Shown: positions 15,388 through 21,459 of the stretch, one piece after another
How positions within the stretch are numbered: position 1 is the stretch's first letter
How the letters are laid out: each line of letters begins with the position of its first letter
Assembly: GCA_040222015.1 (NCBI GenBank)
Contig: JAVJWO010000001.1
Location: 1 to 21,459, forward strand
DNA length: 21,459 nt
Direction: 5' to 3'
From: Coleofasciculus chthonoplastes F2-STO-03
GTDB lineage: Bacteria; Cyanobacteriota; Cyanobacteriia; Cyanobacteriales; Coleofasciculaceae
Notes under the pieces: model-generated
What the model was told of the DNA's origin: nothing
The model's database searches: none
The model's input: the letters and a program-made list of their open reading frames with translations, nothing else
Translations under genes and position numbers: made by a program

Positions 15388-17895
15388 CTAGAAATTGTAA
15401 TTCACACTAAAATAAAATCCATCATCCTGAGCATTTTCTCCGCGATCATCTAAATCAACCAAGGGCAAGCCATAATCCAGCCGCAGGTTTAAATTGGGTA
15501 AGGGTTCCCACAATATCCCTAAACCTAACCCAGCAATAAAGGTCTGGTCTAATAATTCATTCGGATTTGTGCCTCGATTCCAAACATAACCGACATCGAA
15601 AAACGGCGCTAAAACAAAAGTCGCAATGCCCGATTCATCCCGTTCTAAGGTAATCCGATCTTCTACAGAAATGCGAAATCCATTGTCTCCCGCCCGGACA
15701 TTTTGCCGATATCCTCGTACCGATTGACCGCCACCAATGACAAATTGTTGGGCTGGCAATAAACTATCAAAGGCTAACTGGAGATCCGCTTGAATAATTA
15801 AAAAGTTATCCGGATTGATAATTTGTACTCGCTGGATTTGAGCTAACCAACTGACAAACTGACCATCGGGCCAATCCTCATTAATATCCGAGTTTTCTGT
15901 AGCATCAAATAAACCTGTACCAAAACTAAATAGGGAACGGAAAGCCCACGCCCCAGAGGTTTGACGTAGGGTGTATTCTTGTCCAAACTTAAACACACTG
16001 GTGCGACTAACACCATCTTCATCGGGTCCCAACCCAAACCCTTGCGGTATTCCGTTAAAAATAAATGTCTGACCATCCTGATGGGTAAACCCTAATGATA
16101 AAGCAAATTCTCGACGCGGTGTGCGGATTAAGGGTTGGCGATAGTTAATTTCATAGAGATCGGATTCCCCTTGGATACCGAGTCGCTCTACCTCCGGTAG
16201 CCCTTGAATTACTTCATTTTCATTAAACGATGCTCGCAGTTGCACCGTACCATTCATCGCATTAATGGGCGCACGATAATTAAAATCCCACGTATGGGCA
16301 CCACCAGCCGTTGTCCGGTTGTATTGTGCCGAAATTGCATCCCCAATCCCGGTTAGATTGATATAACGGGCATTCGTCGTGAAACGTTCAGCCCCCACAC
16401 TGGGAGGGGAATAGTTATCAATACCGACACTTCCTTCAAAGGGATCGGCTTCCGATATCCGCACCACGAGAATACTTTGCCCTAGTCCAGTTCCCGCCCT
16501 CAAAGAGGCTTCCACATTTTCAAATAACGGATTAACTCGTAACAAGCGCAATTGGTCTTCTAAGGCTCCTGTATTCAGGGGTGTATCCGCCCCCAATCGC
16601 ACACGCGATCGCACGTAACTGGGATTCAGCCGTCTGGTCCCTTCCACCTGGATCTCTTCCAGACTCCCTTCAATCACCCGAATTTCCACCACATCGGTAT
16701 CCAGAGTTTCTTCGACCAGAACTGCCCTAGAGGTAATGTAGCCTTGTTCCAGATACAGTTGAGAAATCGTATCCGCCACACTTCTGAGTTCTTCCAGAGT
16801 GACAGTATTTCCTTCCACTGGTTCAATAATCGGGTTAAATTCAGCCTCGCCAAAAATCGTACTCCCGGTGACATTAATCTCTTGAACTTGAATCTGCCTC
16901 TCTTCCGGCGAGGTGTCATCATTCTGTTTGGTGTTCGCCGCAATCAAACGAATTCCGTGGCTACTGGCAACGATTGGCGACTGATTCCGGTTCGGGGAGG
17001 ATAAAGGTTGCTCAACGACGTTAATCCTGGAAGTGGAGTTAGGTTCCTCTACTTTAATGGATGAGGGTTGTGGGCGTTGCCGAGGGTTAACCGTTTGCGG
17101 TGGAGTTGCTGACAATCGTTCAACCTGCCCGATTACAGACTGAATTGGGGAAACCCGCAGACTCGCGGCTTGGCGATTTTCCGGTTGGAGACGGGCGGGG
17201 TGAATCTGAGACGGGGCTAAACTCGCCGCCTGTCGATTTGCCACTGTTAAGCGAGTGGGATGAATTTGAGTTCCCCGAACAGGGCGGTGATCTGGCGTTG
17301 ATTCAGAATGACGTGAAGAGTGACTCTCTAAGTTACTCGTATCCAGAACCTGTATCCTGGTTTCCTCGACATCCCCAGGTTTTGACTTTGGAAAGACGGT
17401 GGGATCAGGCGGGGTAGGATTGAGGATAGCTCCGGGTACAACAATTGGATCAAAGAGAATCGCCCGTAGCCTATCTGCATATAAAATAATACTTGAGCGT
17501 TCTAAACGGGGAGACCTATGTATGCCAGAATCACGAAGCGTTGCGATCGGCAAATGGGCAGGTTGGAGCGATTGGGGTTTGACCGCTTGGGGTTTGAGAT
17601 TCGTGGGTTTTCGGGATGTTGATGTAGACGGTGTTGGTTTAACGTTCAACGACTGAGGCTTAGTCGCCGCAGACGGAGTCGGTTTCAGGCGTGAAGCGGG
17701 AGACTTGACCGATTTACCCTTCACCCTGCCCATCTTGGACGTTTCTAGACTCAGGACTTGGCTACCCATTACCCCCTTTGAGGTGGGGTCAGTGAACTTC
17801 GATGGTGTTTCACCAAAAGCAATGTTTGCTATCCCAATTCCCGTCAGAACTGAAAGCAAACTTACAAAAAGATTAAGCTGTAAATAGCACTTCAT
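15388..17895 (-). CDS. ShlB/FhaC/HecB (TpsB, Omp85) family secretion/activation protein with long low-complexity N-terminal extension
   Basis: POTRA motifs (I.V.GSTIF, Y...GYITSRA, V.IRVIEG), DNYSPPSVG, barrel motif IGGGQSVRGY, terminal YNF; ATG 17895 preferred over 17925. Confidence 0.93.
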   Translation of the reverse strand: MKCYLQLNLFVSLLSVLTGIGIANIAFGETPSKFTDPTSKGVMGSQVLSLETSKMGRVKGKSVKSPASRLKPTPSAATKPQSLNVKPTPSTSTSRKPTNLKPQAVKPQSLQPAHLPIATLRDSGIHRSPRLERSSIILYADRLRAILFDPIVVPGAILNPTPPDPTVFPKSKPGDVEETRIQVLDTSNLESHSSRHSESTPDHRPVRGTQIHPTRLTVANRQAASLAPSQIHPARLQPENRQAASLRVSPIQSVIGQVERLSATPPQTVNPRQRPQPSSIKVEEPNSTSRINVVEQPLSSPNRNQSPIVASSHGIRLIAANTKQNDDTSPEERQIQVQEINVTGSTIFGEAEFNPIIEPVEGNTVTLEELRSVADTISQLYLEQGYITSRAVLVEETLDTDVVEIRVIEGSLEEIQVEGTRRLNPSYVRSRVRLGADTPLNTGALEDQLRLLRVNPLFENVEASLRAGTGLGQSILVVRISEADPFEGSVGIDNYSPPSVGAERFTTNARYINLTGIGDAISAQYNRTTAGGAHTWDFNYRAPINAMNGTVQLRASFNENEVIQGLPEVERLGIQGESDLYEINYRQPLIRTPRREFALSLGFTHQDGQTFIFNGIPQGFGLGPDEDGVSRTSVFKFGQEYTLRQTSGAWAFRSLFSFGTGLFDATENSDINEDWPDGQFVSWLAQIQRVQIINPDNFLIIQADLQLAFDSLLPAQQFVIGGGQSVRGYRQNVRAGDNGFRISVEDRITLERDESGIATFVLAPFFDVGYVWNRGTNPNELLDQTFIAGLGLGILWEPLPNLNLRLDYGLPLVDLDDRGENAQDDGFYFSVNYNF

Positions 17896-18209
17896 CAAGG
17901 TAAAAACTCGACTGTAAACGAGCAAGTACTGCGTGAACCATCAACCTATTGTTGGGAGTATCCCCTAACCCCTTACCGTTATCTCAACTAAGATGTCCTT
18001 TGGGCAAACAACTTGATCGGGAATCTTACCAAGATTTGATGTCGGGTAACAATCAAATCTGTGTCGCCAGTTGAGACTGATAGGGTAGACAACTATTCTG
18101 AATACTAATTCTTGCTACACCCATGGGAAGCGCCTTAGCTGTCCAAAATAGTTTACCTTACACAAACTACCATGCTATTAAGCCAAATGTCGGCAATTAG
18201 TTTCAGTTA

Positions 18210-20864
18210 TTAACGTTTAATCGCATCTGACGAATTTCCCGGTAAAGTGGTTCTTTCACCATAGTTCAATAGCCGTTCAATTGTTGCCAGCCGATTATCC
18301 CACATCTGAACTTGATAAGGGTGGCGCATCCCTTGCTGCTGCATCCATTGGGGGAATTGAGATCGGAACGTGGCGAGGGCGGCTTGGGCGGTTTGAATAA
18401 GCGGCGGTGAGGGTGCCATCGCCAGTTGATTGAGCGCCTGATTTAGCTTTTCTGTTTGAGCCACCCATTCAGTAAAGGCGTCTTGATGAATGGCGAGTTG
18501 CTCATTCGTGACCAAAAAGTTCCATTCCCGTTGCAGCGCCACAAATCGATCCATGGCGACTTGGAATGGTTTACGGTAAGGAATTGGATCGGTTGAGGTA
18601 GATTCCGGTTGACCTTGAGTCTGTTGGAAAATACGATGTAAATTCTCGTTAAGATTCTCAACCGCAAACACAGCATACCCGTTAGCGGGTAAATCCCGCA
18701 GCAGTTGGATTTGGTCAACTGCCACAACATCGGGTAAATTTAACAAACGAATCCCTGGAATCAGCAACGCTTGGTTGAGTGTCGATTCGGTGAGTAATGG
18801 TTGGGTGAGACTGTGCAACCCTTCGGTATCCAAGGCATAAGTCATCGGTACAACCAGATCAATATATCCCTGAAGCGCCCATTCTTCCCAGTTTTGCTGC
18901 AACCGTTGCTGACGTTCCGCCGGGGGAAGGGGAAATACAGCAGCGGATAGAATCAAATCCGGACGTTGCGACAACAGACGCGCTGATACCGAGGCGACAA
19001 AGCTGTCCACTTGGCGGATACGAAACTCTGTCCATTGCTGCCATAATGTGCGATCGCGAGGATACACTTCTATCGGATCAACCCCGGTTCGTTCCTTAAA
19101 CTGCTGACGTGCCGCCACCCCATACCCATAGGTTTGATTCACTCGCGGATCTTGAAACGGATAGCGAATATAATCCAGTTGAATCCCATCCACGTCATAG
19201 CGGGTGGCAATTTCCTCCAGCAGCGTCATTAAATACTCCCGTACCTCTGGGTTCGCGGGATCAAAAAATGCCTTTCTGGTATTCGGCGCAAACAAGCGTC
19301 CTTGCTTATCAAAAATCGCCCAATCGGGATGCGCCGCTAAAACCGGACCCGGATAATCCAACGGCTGATTTAACAGCGCATTGTGACGCTGATTCGCCGC
19401 CGCAAAAATCCACACCCAAGCATGTAACTCCATCCCCCGTTCATGCGCCAACTCCACGGCGGCTTCTAAAGGGTCCCAGCCGCGAACCAGAGGGTTTTGT
19501 TCAGGAGCCACCTGACTCGGGTAAATTGGATAACTGGCATTCACGGTTTCAAAGAAAACCGTATTAAATCCCGCCTTTGCCAGGTTATCGAAGAGTTTAA
19601 CTAAGTCCTGTTTACGCTTTGCCTTGACAATTGTCCCCCGATCTAACCAAATTGCCCGAATTTCAGGTTGGGCAAGTTGACGCTCCATCGGATAATTATC
19701 CCAGAGTAGCCGTCGGGCATTAATCCACTGTCGTCGCGCCGCCGTATAGTCCTGTTGCTCAACTGCACCCAGAAAATTTTCTAAGCCAATTCTCGCTTGC
19801 GCCAACGCCGAAACCGTGGTTCGATCTGGATGGGAATGCCGTTGATTTCCATGTTCCGATTCCTTGGCACTCATCCCCGCGAAGGACTCAACGCTCTCCT
19901 GAGTGAGCAAGCCAACCTCACTGTTATGAGCATCAGCCCTTAATAATGTACTTTCCACCCGACCAATTAAGTTTTCCAACTCCCGACTCATCGCCGTCAC
20001 CTGATTAGGCGTAAGAGTTCCCCAAGTATTAGCTGGAGTTTGAGCAGGAAGCACCAAGCGATCGCCTTCGCTGGGAACAGGAGTTGGATGAGGTGGGCTG
20101 AGGTTAGCTTGGCGTTGTTGATCCGCTCTGATTGTGGGTACAGGAGTCGCCGCACAATTGGGTGGGGATGAATTCGTCATCCTTCCCGGCGTTAGCGTAA
20201 CATTATAACGACTCAGCGCGGCTTGCAGCCAAACCACATCCATCTGGGCGGCGTCTTCCCCATCCACTCCCCAGCGCCAGCCCAAAAAAATCGATTGATC
20301 CGTCGTCACCACAGCCGGGGGACTTTCCGGTTGATTCCACACAGCCACCGTTTGAGCATCCAAACTGGCGGGAATCACCACACCCCCTTGCACCTCTCCC
20401 ACTAATCCCCCATCGGGTATCCAGCTTGGGGAAGAAATCGATAATCGTTCCAATCGAGACGGCTGACTCAAACCAAATCCCCAATAGGCACCCAAGAGCG
20501 ATCGCAAACGATTCCGCACTTCAGGTTGAGATAAAATACCCACAGAACCACTGACAATGACCCGTCCGCCTTGACGCATCCACTCTTGTAGAGTCGCCAG
20601 ATGTTCGGGTTCTAGGCGTTCAATATTTGGTAAAAAGAGGAGTTGGGGATCTCCGAGATCAGCAATTTGATTAACCCGGCTTAAGTCAACCACACAGTAA
20701 TCCACACCCGTTGACTGCAAGCGATCGGTAATATCTGACCAATCGGCTTGATTATTCGGACTTTTTACCACCCCTAAGTTGACCGTTTGAGCTAACGCCC
20801 TGGGTAATCCTAGCAGGATATTGATTGTGGTCGCGATCGCAATGCCAATCACCCATTTCTTCAT
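18210..20864 (-). CDS. Secreted family 10-like glycoside hydrolase (GHL10 / DUF187)
   Basis: Signal peptide ending ALA; EIRAIWLD, GFNTVFFET, WDPL..AVELAHERGMELHAW, FFDPANPEVR, YDVDGIQLDYIRYP, PMTY. Confidence 0.92.
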   Translation of the reverse strand: MKKWVIGIAIATTINILLGLPRALAQTVNLGVVKSPNNQADWSDITDRLQSTGVDYCVVDLSRVNQIADLGDPQLLFLPNIERLEPEHLATLQEWMRQGGRVIVSGSVGILSQPEVRNRLRSLLGAYWGFGLSQPSRLERLSISSPSWIPDGGLVGEVQGGVVIPASLDAQTVAVWNQPESPPAVVTTDQSIFLGWRWGVDGEDAAQMDVVWLQAALSRYNVTLTPGRMTNSSPPNCAATPVPTIRADQQRQANLSPPHPTPVPSEGDRLVLPAQTPANTWGTLTPNQVTAMSRELENLIGRVESTLLRADAHNSEVGLLTQESVESFAGMSAKESEHGNQRHSHPDRTTVSALAQARIGLENFLGAVEQQDYTAARRQWINARRLLWDNYPMERQLAQPEIRAIWLDRGTIVKAKRKQDLVKLFDNLAKAGFNTVFFETVNASYPIYPSQVAPEQNPLVRGWDPLEAAVELAHERGMELHAWVWIFAAANQRHNALLNQPLDYPGPVLAAHPDWAIFDKQGRLFAPNTRKAFFDPANPEVREYLMTLLEEIATRYDVDGIQLDYIRYPFQDPRVNQTYGYGVAARQQFKERTGVDPIEVYPRDRTLWQQWTEFRIRQVDSFVASVSARLLSQRPDLILSAAVFPLPPAERQQRLQQNWEEWALQGYIDLVVPMTYALDTEGLHSLTQPLLTESTLNQALLIPGIRLLNLPDVVAVDQIQLLRDLPANGYAVFAVENLNENLHRIFQQTQGQPESTSTDPIPYRKPFQVAMDRFVALQREWNFLVTNEQLAIHQDAFTEWVAQTEKLNQALNQLAMAPSPPLIQTAQAALATFRSQFPQWMQQQGMRHPYQVQMWDNRLATIERLLNYGERTTLPGNSSDAIKR

Positions 20865-20875
20865 AAGCTATCTTG

Positions 20876-20911
20876 GAAGGGATTTGGGAACCTTGAAGGG
20901 ATTTGGGAACC
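20876..20911. repeat. 17-bp direct repeat GAAGGGATTTGGGAACC x2 upstream of the GHL10 gene
   Basis: Exact copies at 20876-20892 and 20895-20911. Confidence 0.9.
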
Positions 20912-20920
20912 AAACCCCTA

Positions 20921-21035
20921 GTGACATACTCCCACATCAAATCAAAAAGATTATGATGTGGGCTTCTCCGCGACTCCACCTATTGGGACGGGACATTAAC
21001 TGAGCTTTATTGCACGGGATGCCCCACCGCGCCGG
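20921..21035 (-). ncRNA. Putative TnpB omegaRNA (reRNA) scaffold / degenerate tnpB 3' tail
   Basis: Lies immediately inside the right end, where TnpB omegaRNAs are encoded; the reading frame is broken while the terminal hairpin is intact. 5' boundary uncertain. Confidence 0.6.
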
Positions 21036-21194
21036 AACAATACAAAAATGTTCAACACCAATGTAGCTGCTGGAATTTTACCCGTCCACAGATGCGACTA
21101 GAAATAGCCTGTTTCTGGACGGAACCCCATATTCCAGGTTGTCTTGGTTCAATGTACAGGAAGCGGTTAGCTTTATTTGATTAACCTGTACGGT

Positions 21195-21226
21195 ATTATG
21201 GTAGCAGTCAGAAAGCAGATTGACAA
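21195..21226 (-). promoter_or_regulatory. Sigma70-type promoter driving the leftward element transcript
   Basis: TTGTCA (21226-21221), 17-nt spacer, TACCAT (21203-21198), with overlapping CATAAT (21200-21195); a hairpin starts at 21191. Confidence 0.65.
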
Positions 21227-21228
21227 CT

Positions 21229-21375
21229 ATGAAGCAAGTGACAACACGAGTATCAGATAGGGAATATGAACACCTAGCTAGATTTTGCCAAGTAACGGAG
21301 AGAACCCAGTCCGATGTTATCCGTGAACTGATACGCAAGTTGTCAATCGATGGGGTATTGAACCCCATCGATTGA
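21229..21375 (+). CDS. CopG-like ribbon-helix-helix DNA-binding protein, 48 aa (below the ORF-track length cutoff)
   Basis: Manual translation MKQVTTRVSDREYEHLARFCQVTERTQSDVIRELIRKLSIDGVLNPID*: short N-terminal beta strand, helix A (S..EYE.L), turn, helix B (SDVIRELIR). Confidence 0.88.
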   Translation: MKQVTTRVSDREYEHLARFCQVTERTQSDVIRELIRKLSIDGVLNPID

Positions 21376-21459
21376 CTGCCTATCCATCCCAACGCCAACC
21401 TGGGTTGTTACTGAGCCTGTCGAAGTACAGGTATGGCGTGGGGCTTCCGGCAAAAAAGC

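Larger units (their letters stand above)
779..20840. repeat. HIP1 octamer GCGATCGC, 18 dispersed copies
   Basis: Starts at 779, 1346, 3747, 4820, 5351, 8333, 8691, 8834, 9730, 10233, 10518, 10838, 13193, 16605, 19050, 20058, 20498 and 20833 (manual scan). Confidence 0.92.
20921..21459 (-). mobile_element. Non-autonomous IS200/IS605-family (TnpB-type) element with tnpB internally deleted; left boundary at or just beyond the window edge
   Basis: Right end on - strand: GAGAAG-CCCACATCA...TGATGTGGG-AGTATGTCAC (hairpin 20931-20962, ends TCAC at 20921). Left end on - strand: GCCGGAAG-CCCCACGCCA...TGGCGTTGGG-ATGGATAGGC (21451-21378). Frameshifted tnpB-tail-like text (AVGHPV / KAQLMS / GVAEKP) at about 21030-20960; internal RHH gene. 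Confidence 0.78.

Noticed and set aside
817..21003. Remaining short ORFs nested in or antisense to the long genes (e.g. 1008-1322, 8203-8532, 13369-13734, 17100-17417, 19109-19567, 20752-20979)
   Set aside because: They overlap well-supported genes in other frames and show no domain motifs.
20876..21191. Possible mini CRISPR array behind the boxA-like leader
   Set aside because: The only direct repeat is 17 bp separated by 2 nt; there is no repeat-spacer periodicity and no cas gene.
21078..21398. 106-aa minus-strand ORF
   Set aside because: Antisense shadow of the RHH gene running through promoter and leader; no recognisable motifs.
1..21459. The two edge elements as ends of one composite transposon
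   Set aside because: They belong to different subfamilies (IscB-type versus TnpB-type), share no evident sequence, and the interior is housekeeping DNA; repeats at both edges more likely reflect assembly breaks.

Overview
Cyanobacterial chromosomal segment (18 HIP1 GCGATCGC octamers, ndhB, DUF29/DUF3531 families, PEP-CTERM protein, STRR-type repeats; probably a filamentous strain, by inference). The core is ordinary: membrane Ser/Thr kinase, prs, DUF3531, tRNA-Ser(UGA), two metallophosphoesterases, a PEP-CTERM protein, an atzG-like/atzE-like amidase pair, 5-formyl-THF cyclo-ligase, a sugar ABC permease, ndhB between two DUF29 genes, a PD-(D/E)XK-like protein, a TpsB/ShlB-family transporter and a GHL10 glycoside hydrolase. 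The notable signals are non-coding, sit at both edges and are missed by the ORF track. (1) At 1..~250 (-) is a HEARO/omegaRNA scaffold of an IscB-type IS200/IS605 element, starting right after the kinase stop codon; its nuclease gene would lie beyond the left edge. (2) At 20921..21459 is a ~540-bp non-autonomous IS200/IS605 (TnpB-type) derivative. It has lost the nuclease ORF but keeps both end hairpins, an unannotated intact 48-aa ribbon-helix-helix gene, a divergent sigma70-like promoter, a structured leader with a boxA-like motif, and the tnpB 3'-tail/omegaRNA region, pointing into the 5' region of the GHL10 gene. Several REP-like palindrome families occupy the intergenic spaces. Family assignments are from motif recognition, not database searches.
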